Assembly: GCA_002333145.1 (NCBI GenBank)
Contig: DDBN01000081.1
Coordinates: 27,331-91,330, forward strand
Direction: 5' to 3'
DNA: 64,000 nt
From: Moraxellaceae bacterium UBA2031
GTDB lineage: Bacteria; Pseudomonadota; Gammaproteobacteria; Pseudomonadales; Moraxellaceae
The notes under the pieces were generated by a model. It saw only the letters and a list, made by a program, of their open reading frames with translations. It was not told where the DNA came from and did no database searches. Below, one piece after another: positions 1 through 11,454 of the stretch. The translations under genes and the position numbers were made by a program. Every line of letters starts with the position of its first letter. Within the stretch, counting starts at the first letter, position 1.

Positions 1-1857
1 ACCCCGGAGCAGCAAATCGCCGCCGTGAAGGCTGAACATGAGCTGGACTTCGCTGACTTCCTTATCCGCTTCGATAATTATCACTCGACGCATACGGAAG
101 AGAATCGTGAGTTTTCCTCGTTTATTTATTTAAAGAATCGAGATGCCGGTCATATTGCGACCCGCCCGATACGCCAGTTGTTTGATCCAGAAAAGCAGAT
201 GTTTTTGGCCGACCGCTTCATCAAGGGTGAATGCCCAAAGTGCAGCGCCAAAGATCAGTATGGTGATTCCTGCGAAGTCTGCGGAGCCACCTATGCACCG
301 ACAGAGCTCAAGAACCCCTACTCCACGATCTCTGGCGCCACGCCCGTCGAAAAAGAATCGATTCATTACTTCTTCAAGCTGCCAGATTTTGTCGACTTCC
401 TGCAAGACCGCGAACGCTCAGGCCGTCTGCAACCAGAAGTTGCCAATAAACTGGATGAATGGTTTGAGGCCGGTCTTAATGATTGGGACATCTCTCGCGA
501 TGCTCCTTACTTCGGCTTCGAGATTCCGGATGCACCTGGCAAGTACTTCTATGTTTGGCTTGATGCCCCCATTGGTTACATGGCCAGCTTTAAGAATCTT
601 TGCAGTAAAAATCCGACGCTGAACTTTGATGAGTTCTGGAAAGAAGGCGGCAATACCGAGCTGTATCATTTCATTGGCAAAGACATCGTCTATTTCCATG
701 CACTGTTCTGGCCCGCCATGCTTGAAGGTGCCGGCTTCCGCAAGCCCAGTGCTATTTTTGCACATGGCTTTTTGACCGTGAACGGCCAGAAAATGTCTAA
801 ATCGCGTGGAACGTTTATCAAGGCGCGTACCTACCTGGACAACCTGAACCCAGAGTATCTGCGCTACTACTTTGCCGCAAAGCTATCTGGCTCAGTCGAA
901 GATATTGATCTCAACCTTGAAGACTTCAGCCTTCGCGTAAATTCAGACTTGGTTGGCAAGGTGGTGAATATTGCCAGCCGCTGCGCTGGCTTCATCAACA
1001 AGAAATTTGATGGACGCCTTACTGCTGAGTGTGCCGAACCGACTCTGCTCAGCGAGTTTATTGATGCCGGTGACAGCATTGCCCATCACTACGAAAACCG
1101 TGATTTTAGCCGTGCTGTACGTGAAATCATGGCGCTGGCTGATCGTGCCAATCAGTATATCGATGAGAAAAAACCTTGGGCCTTGGCCAAAGTAGAAGGC
1201 AAAGACACTGAAGTACAAGAAGTATGCTCGGTCGGCCTTAATCTGTTCCGTCAGTTAATGGTTTATCTCTCACCGATCCTGCCTGCTACCAGCACTGCCA
1301 GCGCACAGTTTCTCAATATCAGTGGCTTTGATTGGGATTCTCGCGAGCAGTTATTGCTGGATCACACCATTAATGCGTTTCAGCCACTAATGACACGTGT
1401 AGAGAAAGAGAAAGTAGACGCCATGGTCGATGAATCGAAAGATAACCTGCTGGCTGCTCCGGCGCCTGCGCCGGTAGCCGCAGCCAAACCACCCAAGGCT
1501 ATCGAAGCTACCACCGACCAAGCTGCAGAAATCAACATCGATGATTTCATGAAGATAGATTTGCGCGTAGCACGTATCGTGAATGCCCAGCATGTTGAAG
1601 GTGCCGACAAACTACTGCAACTGACTCTGGATATTGGCGAAGAAAATACCCGGAACGTATTTGCTGGCATCAAGAGTGCTTACCCAGAACCGGATAAGCT
1701 AATTGGCCGTCTGACCGTAATGGTGGCTAACCTTGCTCCACGTAAAATGAAGTTCGGCATGTCCGAAGGTATGGTATTGGGAGCTGGCCCAGGTGGTGCG
1801 GATATTTATATTCTATCCCCGGATGAAGGCGCCATTGCTGGCATGAAGGTGAAGTAA
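1..1857 (+). CDS. metG: methionine--tRNA ligase, 5' end cut by window edge
   Basis: The frame is open from base 1; the track ORF 25..1857 begins at an internal GTG. Zinc knuckle [18 protein letters not shown], class I KMSKS loop ([10 protein letters not shown]), and a C-terminal Trbp111/EMAP-type tRNA-binding domain ([25 protein letters not shown]). Confidence 0.95.
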   Translation, partial: TPEQQIAAVKAEHELDFADFLIRFDNYHSTHTEENREFSSFIYLKNRDAGHIATRPIRQLFDPEKQMFLADRFIKGECPKCSAKDQYGDSCEVCGATYAPTELKNPYSTISGATPVEKESIHYFFKLPDFVDFLQDRERSGRLQPEVANKLDEWFEAGLNDWDISRDAPYFGFEIPDAPGKYFYVWLDAPIGYMASFKNLCSKNPTLNFDEFWKEGGNTELYHFIGKDIVYFHALFWPAMLEGAGFRKPSAIFAHGFLTVNGQKMSKSRGTFIKARTYLDNLNPEYLRYYFAAKLSGSVEDIDLNLEDFSLRVNSDLVGKVVNIASRCAGFINKKFDGRLTAECAEPTLLSEFIDAGDSIAHHYENRDFSRAVREIMALADRANQYIDEKKPWALAKVEGKDTEVQEVCSVGLNLFRQLMVYLSPILPATSTASAQFLNISGFDWDSREQLLLDHTINAFQPLMTRVEKEKVDAMVDESKDNLLAAPAPAPVAAAKPPKAIEATTDQAAEINIDDFMKIDLRVARIVNAQHVEGADKLLQLTLDIGEENTRNVFAGIKSAYPEPDKLIGRLTVMVANLAPRKMKFGMSEGMVLGAGPGGADIYILSPDEGAIAGMKVK

Positions 1858-1874
1858 GGCACCTCAACACAGAT

Positions 1875-1906
1875 AAAGAAATGGCGCCTTAGGGCGCCAT
1901 TTCTTT
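1875..1906. terminator. bidirectional rho-independent terminator
   Basis: Perfect 14-bp stem AAAGAAATGGCGCC / GGCGCCATTTCTTT with a TTAG loop, between convergent metG and the DksA/TraR-like gene. Confidence 0.8.
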
Positions 1907-1920
1907 ATGGGAAATTAGTA

Positions 1921-2244
1921 TTACAACCCGACACAAGCTCTGCACATATCAGCTTGTGGCAAAGCGGCCAAACGTTCAGCAATGATATCTGTACCACACT
2001 TCACACAGCGCCCGTATACCCCTCGATCCATACGCTCAAGCGCGGCATCTACTCTTACCAACTCAACCTGCGCTTCTGCTAACAGACCCGCCAGCACATC
2101 ATCATTTTCGCGTTGTGTCACTTGTTCTGAAAAGTCAGCCTCTACCGGTGCATTTTTATGCTCCAGATCCTGACGGATGCCAGTAATACGACGTTCGTAC
2201 TCGTCCTTTAGTTGCAACAGCGTTGCGCGAGCTTCAGCGTTCAT
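1921..2244 (-). CDS. DksA/TraR family C4-type zinc-finger protein
   Basis: 107 aa. Coiled-coil N-terminal part and a C-terminal CxxC-N17-CxxC (CVKCGTDI...DMCRACV), typical of the TraR/DksA family. Confidence 0.8.
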   Translation of the reverse strand: MNAEARATLLQLKDEYERRITGIRQDLEHKNAPVEADFSEQVTQRENDDVLAGLLAEAQVELVRVDAALERMDRGVYGRCVKCGTDIIAERLAALPQADMCRACVGL

Positions 2245-2381
2245 AACACCTCCATCAATATTAATTTTAAGTATGGCCTAGGCATAGCACTCCCACAATG
2301 ACCCATGTCAGTTGAACAGTGAAGGAGCCAATCCTGATATCAAGTACATTATTAAGAGGTATAAAATCACTCGCAAGATGT

Positions 2382-2409
2382 AAAAAAGGCGCCCGAAGGC
2401 GCCTTTTTT
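2382..2409 (-). terminator. rho-independent terminator after pntB
   Basis: AAAAAAGGCGCC-CGAA-GGCGCCTTTTTT hairpin, 16 nt downstream of the pntB stop. Confidence 0.75.
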
Positions 2410-2424
2410 ACAGGACAAGCCTAA

Positions 2425-3846
2425 TCAGTGACCGCCGCCACTCAGACCCTTCAGAATATCTTCGGCTACTTTCTTAGCATCACCAAAAATCATCATGGTT
2501 TTATCCATGTAGAAGATGTCGTTGTCGAGACCGGCATAACCCGGATTCATCGAGCGCTTAATCACCATGATAGTACGGGCACGCTGCGCTTCGAGGATCG
2601 GCATGCCATAAATAGGCGAGCTAGGATCATTCTTAGCTGCAGGATTGACCACATCGTTAGCACCGATGATGAGAACCACGTCAGTCGCGGCGAAATCAGA
2701 GTTGATCTCGTCCATTTCCTTCACGTCTTCATACGGCACATCGGCTTCGGCCAGTAGTACGTTCATGTGACCAGGCATACGACCTGCCACTGGGTGAATA
2801 GCATAACTCACCTTCACGCCCTTCTCTTTCAGCAGGTCGCCTAGCTCTTTCACAACATTCTGCGCACGAGCTTGGGCCAGTCCGTAACCAGGCACGATAA
2901 CTACAGAATCTGCATTGCTCATCATGAACGCTGCATCTTCTGGTGAGCCGGCCCTGTAGTTCTTTTCTTTCTTCTCGCCATCATCAGCAGCGCCAGCAGC
3001 CGCGGCACCAAAGCTGCCGAACAGCACATTGAACAGCGAGCGGTTCATGGCACGACACATGACATAGGAGAGAATGGCACCAGACGATCCCACCAAAGAG
3101 CCGGCAATGATCAGCATGGAATTATTCAACGTGAAGCCAATGCCGGCCGCCGCCCAACCCGAGAAGGAGTTAAGCAAGGACACCACCACAGGCATATCGC
3201 CACCACCGATGGGGGCAATCCAGAAATAACCCAACACCAATGCACAAGCTGTCATGGCATAGAAGTGGTTCATGTTTTCTGTGACGAAATAAGCGCCACC
3301 AAACCCCAATACACCCAATGCCAGAATGACCTGCATCGGCTTGATCCAGCCACCCTTCAGTGATTTAGCCCACTTCTTCGCCGCCAACTTGCCATAAGCA
3401 AACACGGAGGCCGTAAAAGTAATGGCACCCACAAAGCAGCCCACAAAGAGCTCAAAGCGGTGAATCGCATCATGCGAGGAGGAATGGTTGAGTACAGCAG
3501 CAATGGCAATCAGCACGGCAGATAGACCCACCAGCGAATGCATCAGTGCGACCGTTTCTGGCATCTGCGTCATCGGCACTGTTTTAGCGCGATAAATACC
3601 GATAACTGCACCCAGCACCATGGCACCGAGGATCAGGCCATAAGCTGGCTTGAGCTCGAAACCGTTACCACCATTGAGGCTAGCAACCAGCACGAAAGTG
3701 GCAGCAACTGCCAGCGCCATGCCTATCATGCCGTAACGGTTGCCCATAATGGCAGAAGCCGGTGAGGACAGGCCGCGTAGGGCGAGAATGAAAAGGACGG
3801 CGCCAATCAGATAGGCCCAGTCCGCGTATTGCGCGAGGTTTTCCAT
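2425..3846 (-). CDS. pntB: NAD(P) transhydrogenase subunit beta
   Basis: 473 aa. Multi-TM N-terminal half plus a soluble C-terminal NADP(H)-binding domain (VIVPGYGLAQARAQ, HPVAGRMPGHMNVLLAEA). Confidence 0.95.
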   Translation of the reverse strand: MENLAQYADWAYLIGAVLFILALRGLSSPASAIMGNRYGMIGMALAVAATFVLVASLNGGNGFELKPAYGLILGAMVLGAVIGIYRAKTVPMTQMPETVALMHSLVGLSAVLIAIAAVLNHSSSHDAIHRFELFVGCFVGAITFTASVFAYGKLAAKKWAKSLKGGWIKPMQVILALGVLGFGGAYFVTENMNHFYAMTACALVLGYFWIAPIGGGDMPVVVSLLNSFSGWAAAGIGFTLNNSMLIIAGSLVGSSGAILSYVMCRAMNRSLFNVLFGSFGAAAAGAADDGEKKEKNYRAGSPEDAAFMMSNADSVVIVPGYGLAQARAQNVVKELGDLLKEKGVKVSYAIHPVAGRMPGHMNVLLAEADVPYEDVKEMDEINSDFAATDVVLIIGANDVVNPAAKNDPSSPIYGMPILEAQRARTIMVIKRSMNPGYAGLDNDIFYMDKTMMIFGDAKKVAEDILKGLSGGGH

Positions 3847-3857
3847 CTATCGGCTCC

Positions 3858-4208
3858 TTACTTTTTCTTTTTCTTGAACATATCCAACATACGTCCGGTA
3901 ACCGCAAAGCCACCGAAGATGTTGATACATGCAAGAAATACTGCAACAGCACCAAGAATGGTGGTTGCGTTGATTTCGCCATTGAAATACACCGTCTGCA
4001 GCATGGCGCCGACGACGATGATACCGGACAGTGCATTAGTCACTGCCATCAATGGTGTATGCAGGGCCGGTGTCACGCTCCACACCACGTAATAGCCCAC
4101 GAAAATCGCGAGCACAAACACGGTGAAGACACTGGCAAAGGGAATAGTACTGGCGTGGTCAGCGACAGTGACTACCTGCTCGGTAATCTGGATGACAGTT
4201 TCGTTCAT
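3858..4208 (-). CDS. pntAB: NAD(P) transhydrogenase subunit alpha part 2 (membrane segment)
   Basis: 116 aa hydrophobic protein between pntAA and pntB. This is the split-alpha arrangement known from Rhodospirillum-type transhydrogenases. Confidence 0.85.
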   Translation of the reverse strand: MNETVIQITEQVVTVADHASTIPFASVFTVFVLAIFVGYYVVWSVTPALHTPLMAVTNALSGIIVVGAMLQTVYFNGEINATTILGAVAVFLACINIFGGFAVTGRMLDMFKKKKK

Positions 4209-4220
4209 CGCTATCGCTCC

Positions 4221-5351
4221 TTAAGGCTTCTTGTACAGCACTTGGCCGTTGTCGACGATGAGCGTCGGCTTGACCATTTCGTCCTCGCGATTGAGCTTGA
4301 GGCTCTGCGATTCCTTATCGTGCTGGGGCTGGAGGAAATTGAAAATATTACGGGAATAAAGCGCAGATGCTTCCGTTGCCACTGTGGCAGGAATATTGCC
4401 GATACCGACAATTCTCACACCATTTTCAGTGATCACAATTTCATCCAGCTTAGAACCTTCAACGTTACCGCCGGAAGAAACGGCCATATCAACAATGACG
4501 GCACCCGCCTTCATCTTGGCGACGGTTTCTGCCTTGATCAGCACCGGAGCCTTTCGACCCGGAATCTGCGCAGTAGTGATAACGATGTTGGCAGCAGACA
4601 CCGCCTTGTCGACAATCACAGCCTGATCACGCACGTACTCAGCCGATGGTGTCCAGGCATAACCGCCCGTACCCAGCGCCTTGGCTTTTTCTTCATCAGA
4701 CATAGGCACGTCGAGCCACTTTCCGCCCAGCGATTCCACCTGTTCTTTGGCCGCCGGACGCATGTCGGAAGCTTCCACCACACCGCCGAGACGCTTGGCG
4801 GTAGCAATAGCCTGCAGACCCGCAACACCAACGCCGAGAATCACGCAACGAGCAGGCTTGATGGTGCCAGCAGCCGTCATCATCATCGGGAACATGCCAG
4901 AGTACTCATTGGCAGCGATCAGCACAGCTTTATAGCCGGCGAGCGAAGCCTGTGAGGACAGAATATCGGAACTCTGCGCACGAGAGATGCGCGGAATCAG
5001 TTCCATTGCCACGCAGGTCAAGCCCTTTGCCGCATAGGCATCGAGGTGCGTATTAAGGTGTGGGGCAAAAGCGGCGAGCACAATTGCGCCCTGCTTATAG
5101 TTCACCACTTCGTCAGCCGTGGGGCCGGCCACCTTGAACACGACGTCGGCATCTTTCACGGCGTCTGCCGCAGTAGCGGCAATCGTCGCACCGGCTTCTT
5201 CATAGGCTTTGTCAGTGCAGCTAGCGCGGATACCTGCTCCACTCTGCACGACCAGCTTGTAACCTAGCGCAACGAATTTTTTCACCGTTTCCGGTGTCGC
5301 GGCAACGCGCGTTTCGCCCGCAAGGATTTCGGCTGGAATCCCAATTTGCAT
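4221..5351 (-). CDS. pntAA: NAD(P) transhydrogenase subunit alpha part 1 (NAD(H)-binding dI)
   Basis: Alanine-dehydrogenase-like fold with Rossmann motif ILGVGVAGLQAIATAKRLGG. The ATG at 5351, preceded by GAGGTGAGGG, is preferred over the track TTG at 5357. Confidence 0.93.
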   Translation of the reverse strand: MQIGIPAEILAGETRVAATPETVKKFVALGYKLVVQSGAGIRASCTDKAYEEAGATIAATAADAVKDADVVFKVAGPTADEVVNYKQGAIVLAAFAPHLNTHLDAYAAKGLTCVAMELIPRISRAQSSDILSSQASLAGYKAVLIAANEYSGMFPMMMTAAGTIKPARCVILGVGVAGLQAIATAKRLGGVVEASDMRPAAKEQVESLGGKWLDVPMSDEEKAKALGTGGYAWTPSAEYVRDQAVIVDKAVSAANIVITTAQIPGRKAPVLIKAETVAKMKAGAVIVDMAVSSGGNVEGSKLDEIVITENGVRIVGIGNIPATVATEASALYSRNIFNFLQPQHDKESQSLKLNREDEMVKPTLIVDNGQVLYKKP

Positions 5352-5661
5352 GGTCAACCCTCACCTCAGATAGCTTCTGGAAAGTCCGGCCACACATCAG
5401 TTCCCTAATGACCGGATAGTATTGTCGTTTTATCGACACATAACGGCCCGGGATTGTAATGCAGGCTTATCACTAAAAGCGAAACCCCGTGCACCAATTT
5501 GTAACCTTTTTTCCTTGATGCTCATCATTTGTCAGGTTCAGCCAGCATAACTGTCCGACAATTCCGCATTCAAATCATTAAATCCTATCGAAATGATTGC
5601 CTTTGCCCCCCACTAGAGGGCTAAATTGCATTCTCGCCCTGCCCCCAAATGACGCACAGCC

Positions 5662-6555
5662 ATGTCATCACGCCCGGCCCTTGCTGGCATTCTGCTTGTT
5701 CTGGCATCCGCCATCCTGTTTTCCACCAAATCAATCTTTATCAAGCTGGCTTATCAAGAGGCTGTTGACCCGGTAACCCTGCTCACACTTCGCCTGATCT
5801 TTGCCTTACCGTTCTTTATGGCCATGGGCTTGCTGACCAGTCATCGGGCAGGCGCCCCTGCCTTGCATCGCCGGGACTGGACCACCATGTTTCTGCTCGG
5901 TTTTGCGGGGTATTACCTTTCGTCCCTGCTCGACTTCATGGGGCTGCAGTACATCAGTGCTGGGCTTGAGCGATTGGTACTATTTCTTTACCCAACCATG
6001 ACCGTATTAATGACGGCAGTTATCTTTAAGCGCCCTATCAACGGCATGACATGGGCTGCTATTGCCATCAGCTATATTGGTATGGCGCTGGTTGTCTGGC
6101 CGGATATTCACCACGCCAGTGAGCATCTGGCTCTGGGCATGGTGCTTGTCTTTGGCAGCGCTCTGGCTTATGCCAGCTACCTAGTGGGTTCGGGAGAGAT
6201 TATTCAGCGCATAGGGGCTAACCGGTTTACCGGCATCACACTGAGCTTTTCCTGCGTCTGCTGCGCCCTACACTTCTTACTGGTCAATCCATTGAGCGCA
6301 CTTGTCGTGAGTCACCGAGTACTCGGGCTGGGCATTACGCTGGCGATTGTTTGTACCGTTCTGCCTGCAACCCTGTTAGCCAACGGGATAAAACGTATTG
6401 GCGCCAGTAAGGCCGCGCTGATTGGTGCCGTCGGGCCTGTAGCAACGCTATATCTTGGCTACAGCGTTTTGAATGAAACCCTGGTGGGGATACAAATGGG
6501 GGGGACTGCTCTGGTACTTACCGGAGTTTTACTGGTTTCCCTGAACAAGGGGTGA
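5662..6555 (+). CDS. DMT/EamA-family transporter
   Basis: 297 aa, about 10 predicted TM helices, two EamA-like halves. Confidence 0.75.
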   Translation: MSSRPALAGILLVLASAILFSTKSIFIKLAYQEAVDPVTLLTLRLIFALPFFMAMGLLTSHRAGAPALHRRDWTTMFLLGFAGYYLSSLLDFMGLQYISAGLERLVLFLYPTMTVLMTAVIFKRPINGMTWAAIAISYIGMALVVWPDIHHASEHLALGMVLVFGSALAYASYLVGSGEIIQRIGANRFTGITLSFSCVCCALHFLLVNPLSALVVSHRVLGLGITLAIVCTVLPATLLANGIKRIGASKAALIGAVGPVATLYLGYSVLNETLVGIQMGGTALVLTGVLLVSLNKG

Positions 6556-6601
6556 GCCCGACATCACTGCGATGATGACATCTGGCTCACACCCATGCTT
6601 A

Positions 6602-7000
6602 TTACTTCAGAAAACCCTTCAACAGATCAGCGCCCTTGGCCAGCAAGTCGCCCCCCTCTGGCATCTGACCATTAGGTGTCAGCTTACTGACTAAGCCTGG
6701 CAGCACCTGAGCGATCTGTGACGCTACCTGCTGTGGGTCCACACCCAGCTTGCTGGCAATAACGGCAACCTGCTCACTGCCAAGTACAGCCTGAATCTGC
6801 TGCGCCGATACAGGAAGGTTTTCCCCTGTGCCAACCCAGGAAGCCACAACATCTCCCAGCCCGCCTGACTGAAACTTCTTTAGCAGGCCGTCCAAACCAC
6901 CATTCTGGCTTAACAACTGTTGGCCCAATGCCAGCATATCTGATGCGCCACCTGATTGAGCGCCACCCAGCATCTTGCCGACTTCATCCAGTAATCCCAT
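6602..7000 (-). CDS. YidB (DUF937) family protein
   Basis: 132 aa, Gly/Leu/Gln-rich, with the characteristic SWVGTGENLPVSAQQIQAVLG segment. Confidence 0.7.
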   Translation of the reverse strand: MGLLDEVGKMLGGAQSGGASDMLALGQQLLSQNGGLDGLLKKFQSGGLGDVVASWVGTGENLPVSAQQIQAVLGSEQVAVIASKLGVDPQQVASQIAQVLPGLVSKLTPNGQMPEGGDLLAKGADLLKGFLK

Positions 7001-7085
7001 GATGCTTCTCCTGAAAATTCAGCTAACGGAAAACTAGAATAGACTCCCTTTCTGGAAACATCTACACACACCACACCGCACAAAC

Positions 7086-7120
7086 AAAAAGACGACATCC
7101 TTGCGGATATCGCCTTTTTT
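7086..7120 (-). terminator. rho-independent terminator after 7140..8258
   Basis: GACGACATCC-TTGC-GGATATCGCC (8 of 10 pairs) flanked by an A5 run and a T6 run, about 20 nt below the stop of the minus-strand gene. Confidence 0.55.
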
Positions 7121-7139
7121 CTATCAATTGAATATGGAG

Positions 7140-8258
7140 TTATTCATCCTTGAGTGCGCACTCCGCATTCTGTGGCTCATGTCTACAGCGAATCCGTTTA
7201 AGCAGCCCCGTCATGCGAGGATCATAAAAACCCTCACGGGTAAGCTGCAATCGCGCTTCGCGCATCATGCCAAAATATTTTTCTTTATCGGCATCTGACA
7301 AGTCCATCCAATACTTTGCCGGAATATCCTTCTCCATCGCATCGATCAATTGATAGGCCTGCTCAAGATAGCCAATCGCAAAGTTTCGGATTTTCTGAAT
7401 TTTATCATCCAGCTCCGGAACTTCCTTGATGAACTTGTCACGATTAAAAACAATTGCACCGGTCATCATTGTCAGCGGCAAGCGATAGATTGCACCCTTA
7501 TCCCCTAGGCCACGGTATAGCTCAAACGGCCGAAAAGCCAAGGCTGGGGCGGCAATAATATCTACCTGGCCATTATTGAACTTGCCCGCAAAATTGGTAA
7601 TGTCTGACGCCACAGGCTGTGCGCCAAGTTGTTGCACCATCTTGGCTTGGGATTTGTCCCACTCCAATACTGCCACTTTCTTACCTGCTGCCTTTTCAAT
7701 GGAATCGATCTTGCGATCGTTAACCATTACATACACCGCACCCAGTGGCACCACACCACCCACTTGGTAAGAGCCGTTAATCATCATCGGTGCTACTTTG
7801 GGGTTGGTATACAACACCCTCATGGCAGAGCGTAGCTGGTCGTAATTTCTCAGCGATCCGACAGAGTCTAAACTCCCGATAAAGAGATTGAACTGCTTGG
7901 CGCGTAACGTAGAGATAGCCACTGCATCACATTGGCCGGCCTTGAAGTCCTCTGCAGCAACGCGTTCGTCCGTGTAGGCTTTAACCTCAATGAAAACATT
8001 CCAGCGTCGCGCTTCCAGAATCATATCCTTCGCGTATTGAATGGCTGGTCCGTTATTGCCGACAGGGTCAAAGATACAAACTTTAATATTAAGCGGCTTG
8101 TCCAACGGCTTAATACCCGTTGCCTCAGCAAACTGGGCTGCTGTAGGGAGATTCAGCTTCACTCCCTCAACATCAATAGTCCGTGCTTGAACAGGATTAG
8201 TCAGAAGCATGGTGGCGATTGCAGCGGCACACCAACGAATACGAAAGAGTCGGGGCAT
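7140..8258 (-). CDS. periplasmic solute-binding-like protein (uncharacterised family)
   Basis: 372 aa. Signal peptide ending NPVQA/RT, with an overall alpha/beta pattern that I read as a TRAP/DctP-like binding protein. No adjacent permease gene. The family assignment is not verified. Confidence 0.5.
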   Translation of the reverse strand: MPRLFRIRWCAAAIATMLLTNPVQARTIDVEGVKLNLPTAAQFAEATGIKPLDKPLNIKVCIFDPVGNNGPAIQYAKDMILEARRWNVFIEVKAYTDERVAAEDFKAGQCDAVAISTLRAKQFNLFIGSLDSVGSLRNYDQLRSAMRVLYTNPKVAPMMINGSYQVGGVVPLGAVYVMVNDRKIDSIEKAAGKKVAVLEWDKSQAKMVQQLGAQPVASDITNFAGKFNNGQVDIIAAPALAFRPFELYRGLGDKGAIYRLPLTMMTGAIVFNRDKFIKEVPELDDKIQKIRNFAIGYLEQAYQLIDAMEKDIPAKYWMDLSDADKEKYFGMMREARLQLTREGFYDPRMTGLLKRIRCRHEPQNAECALKDE

Positions 8259-8409
8259 AAAGCTCTCCTGATCGGGAGGGTTGTTACCTCCCCAGTCTTA
8301 TTATTATCAAACCATCATAGATGGCTATCTGATCAGTAGGATTGACCCTAATGCCAAACCAGTTAGTCACACAAGCAAACTACAAAGTACGGGTAATGGC
8401 AGCTTTGGT

Positions 8410-8446
8410 CTATAGAAAAGGCGGCCACTGGCCGCCTTTTCTATAG
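8410..8446 (-). terminator. rho-independent terminator after lysS
   Basis: Perfect 17-bp stem CTATAGAAAAGGCGGCC / GGCCGCCTTTTCTATAG with an ACT loop, 18 nt downstream of the lysS stop. Confidence 0.8.
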
Positions 8447-8463
8447 TTCTCAATCTACCGCAA

Positions 8464-9978
8464 TCAATGCTCAGGCCGCATATGCGGAAACAAGATAACG
8501 TCACGAATACTGGGGGCATTAGTGAATATCATTACCAGTCTGTCGATACCAATGCCTTCTCCTGCCGTAGGAGGAAGGCCGTACTCCAGAGCCCGAATGT
8601 AATCAGCGTCGTAGTGCATCGCCTCGTCATCGCCGGCATCCTTCTCACGCATCTGGTGATGAAAACGCTCTGCCTGATCTTCCGGATCATTCAACTCGGA
8701 AAAGCCATTGGCAATCTCACGGCCACCAATGAAAAATTCGAATCGATCCGTGATGAACTCATTATGGTCATTGCGACGAGCCAGCGGCGACACTTCTGCA
8801 GGGTATTCGGTAATGAAGGTTGGCTGACGTAGCTGAGCCTCCACCGTTTCCTCAAAAATAATAGTGTGTAGCTTACCGATGCCCCAGATGGGCTTCACGG
8901 CCATCTTGAGCTTGCTGCGAATAATCTCGGCAGCCTGATCAATATCCCAAAGCTGCTCGCGGGTCAGGTCAGTGTTGTACTTCAGGATGGAGTCGACCAT
9001 CGATATCCGCTCGAAAGGCTGACCAAAATCGAACACCTCGCCTTGGTACTCTACTTCTGTGTTACCGAGGATATCTTCAGCCAATGTACGCAGCATGGCT
9101 TCAGTTAAATCCATCAGATCACGGTAATCCGCATAGGCTTGATAAAACTCGATCATGGTAAATTCCGGATTATGACGGGCAGACACCCCCTCATTACGGA
9201 AATTACGGTTGATCTCGAATACACGCTCGAAGCCACCCACCACCAGACGCTTTAAGTAAAGCTCAGGAGCGATACGCAGAAACAAAGGCATATCAAGAGC
9301 ATTGTGATGCGTATTAAATGGCTTGGCTGCCGCGCCACCCGGAATCACATGCATCATTGGAGTTTCAACTTCCATGAAGTCACGATTCGTCATAAAGCGG
9401 CGAATACCCTCGACGACCTGAGAGCGAATACGAAAAGTACGACGCGTATCCTCGCTCATAATGAGATCGACATATCGCTGACGGTATTTCATCTCCTGAT
9501 CCGTCATGCCATGAAATTTTTCAGGCAATGGACGCAGAGACTTGGTCAGCAAGCGTAGCTCTTCAACATGCACCGAAAGTTCACCCGTCTTGGTCTTAAA
9601 GACATAGCCACGAGCACCAACGATGTCACCAATATCCCACTTCTTAAAGCTGGAATAGGTTTCTTCGCCCACTGCATCACGGGAAATATAGAGCTGAGTG
9701 CGGCCCGTCATATCTTGAATAGTAGTGAAACTAGCCTTGCCCATGACGCGCTTGAGCATGATGCGACCAGCCACCGAAAAGAATTGCTTGTCGGCTTCTA
9801 GCACATCATTTTCCATGCTGCCGAAACGATTCTGCAGGTCGGTGCAGTAGGCATCACGACGGAAATCATTTGGAAAGGCTTGGCCGGCTTCACGCAGTTC
9901 GGCGAGCTTCTGCTTACGCTCAGCGATCAGCTTATTCTCATCAATATGCACTTCGGTGTTTTGCGGCTGTTCGCTCAT
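8464..9978 (-). CDS. lysS: lysine--tRNA ligase (class II)
   Basis: 504 aa. N-terminal OB anticodon-binding region and a class II core ([14 protein letters not shown]). Directly downstream of prfB, as in the E. coli prfB-lysS operon. Confidence 0.95.
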   Translation of the reverse strand: MSEQPQNTEVHIDENKLIAERKQKLAELREAGQAFPNDFRRDAYCTDLQNRFGSMENDVLEADKQFFSVAGRIMLKRVMGKASFTTIQDMTGRTQLYISRDAVGEETYSSFKKWDIGDIVGARGYVFKTKTGELSVHVEELRLLTKSLRPLPEKFHGMTDQEMKYRQRYVDLIMSEDTRRTFRIRSQVVEGIRRFMTNRDFMEVETPMMHVIPGGAAAKPFNTHHNALDMPLFLRIAPELYLKRLVVGGFERVFEINRNFRNEGVSARHNPEFTMIEFYQAYADYRDLMDLTEAMLRTLAEDILGNTEVEYQGEVFDFGQPFERISMVDSILKYNTDLTREQLWDIDQAAEIIRSKLKMAVKPIWGIGKLHTIIFEETVEAQLRQPTFITEYPAEVSPLARRNDHNEFITDRFEFFIGGREIANGFSELNDPEDQAERFHHQMREKDAGDDEAMHYDADYIRALEYGLPPTAGEGIGIDRLVMIFTNAPSIRDVILFPHMRPEH

Positions 9979-10052
9979 GTCTTCTACCTTTTTGCTCTCC
10001 CCTTCGCGCTTGAAGGTGGAGAAAAAATCACACGCCCGTCAGATGTCGACGG

Positions 10053-11148
10053 TTACAGACCCATCTTTAGCGAGGCTTCGATAAACTCATCGATGTCGCC
10101 ATCCAGCACCGCATTGGGATTAGAGCTTTCAATATTGCTGCGCAAATCCTTTACGCGGGACTGATCCAACACATAAGAACGGATCTGACTGCCCCAGCCC
10201 ACATCCGACTTAGTTTCTTCCAGAGCCTGCTTGCTGGCATTACGCTTTAATACTTCCAGCTCATAGAGCTTGGCACGCAGTAATTTCCATGCGCGATCAC
10301 GGTTGGCATGCTGAGAGCGTTCGTTCTGCACCGCTACCACAGTATTCGTTGGAATATGTGTCAAACGCACAGCGGAGTCGGTCTTGTTAATATGCTGACC
10401 GCCCGCACCGGAGGCCCGATAGGTATCCGTTCGCACATCTGATGGATTGATATCAATTTCGATATTGTCGTCGACTTCTGGGGAGACAAATACCGATGAG
10501 AAAGAGGTGTGTCGACGATTACCGGAATCGTAGGGCGACTTACGCACTAAACGGTGCACACCTGTTTCGGTACGCAGCCAGCCAAAGGCATACGCACCTT
10601 CGACACGAATGGTCGCGGACTTGATTCCCGCAACATCACCGTCAGACACTTCCATGATCTCACCCTTAAAACCATGGCGATCAATCCAGCGCAGGTACAT
10701 GCGGAACAGCATGCTGGCCCAGTCTTGGGCTTCGGTACCACCGGCACCGGCCTGGATGTCGATAAAACAGTTACTTGGGTCCATCTCACCCGCAAACATG
10801 CGGCGAAACTCAAGATCGGCTACGGCTTTCTCAAGGCTATTGAGCTCGGTGTCAACATCTGACAACGTGCCTTCGTCATCCTCTTCCTCTGCCAGGTCCA
10901 ACAGGTCTTTGGCATCAACGAGACCAATAACGAGCCGATCAAGGGTTAGCACTACTCCCTCCAAATCCGCTCGCTCCTTGCCGATGGCCTGAGCCTTTTC
11001 CGGGTCATTCCAAAGCGTAGGATCTTCGAGCTCACGCATCACCTCTTCGAGGCGCTCTTTTTTCAGATCATAGTCAAAGGTACCCCCTGAGCGATGCAGC
11101 GCGCTCGGAGAGGTCCTTGATGCGGTTTAGATACGGATTAATTTCCAT
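10053..11148 (-). CDS. prfB: peptide chain release factor 2, requires programmed +1 frameshift
   Basis: The ATG at 11148 opens a 24-codon frame ([24 protein letters not shown]) ending at an in-frame TGA. The +1 frame continues into track ORF 10053..11042, which carries the SPF and GGQ ([10 protein letters not shown]) motifs. Total length is 364 aa. Confidence 0.95.
11073..11090 (-). other. prfB +1 frameshift site (SD-like AGGGGG, then CTT TGA C)
   Basis: The minus strand reads AGG GGG TAC CTT TGA C, the canonical autoregulatory RF2 recoding signal. Confidence 0.9.
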
Positions 11149-11304
11149 AGGAAAAAGGGCGGCGAATGGATTAAGGGCGCGGATTGTACCGGATGCGCAC
11201 AAAACCGGCCACAACGAGTCTTACGGAAACAAAACCGGCCGCATAAGCGACCGGTAAGAGGCAGGATTCAGCGTCCCTGCACACGAACTATTTCAGGAGC
11301 GGCG

Positions 11305-11454
11305 TCAGGACCAAGGTTCGACGCTGGCAGGTGCGCTCACTTCTTGGCGCGCTGAGTCGTTATTAAAAAAGGTAACTATGACGGTGCCATAAGCCATGGC
11401 CATGGCGAGCAGACTCACGGATAACGTCCGAGCAGCCTGTTGCAGGGTAATCAT
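11305..11454 (-). CDS. small hypothetical membrane protein (49 aa)
   Basis: An internal ATG at 11454 is preceded by GGAGA with a 5-nt spacer. One TM helix (LSVSLLAMAMAYGTVIVTFF). No recognisable family, and the longer 86-aa track ORF has no RBS. Confidence 0.3.
   Translation of the reverse strand: MITLQQAARTLSVSLLAMAMAYGTVIVTFFNNDSARQEVSAPASVEPWS

Noticed and set aside
4059-4955. 298-aa plus-strand ORF
   Set aside because: It is entirely antisense to pntAA, Arg/His/Ser-rich and low-complexity with no RBS. This is a typical shadow ORF of a GC-rich gene.
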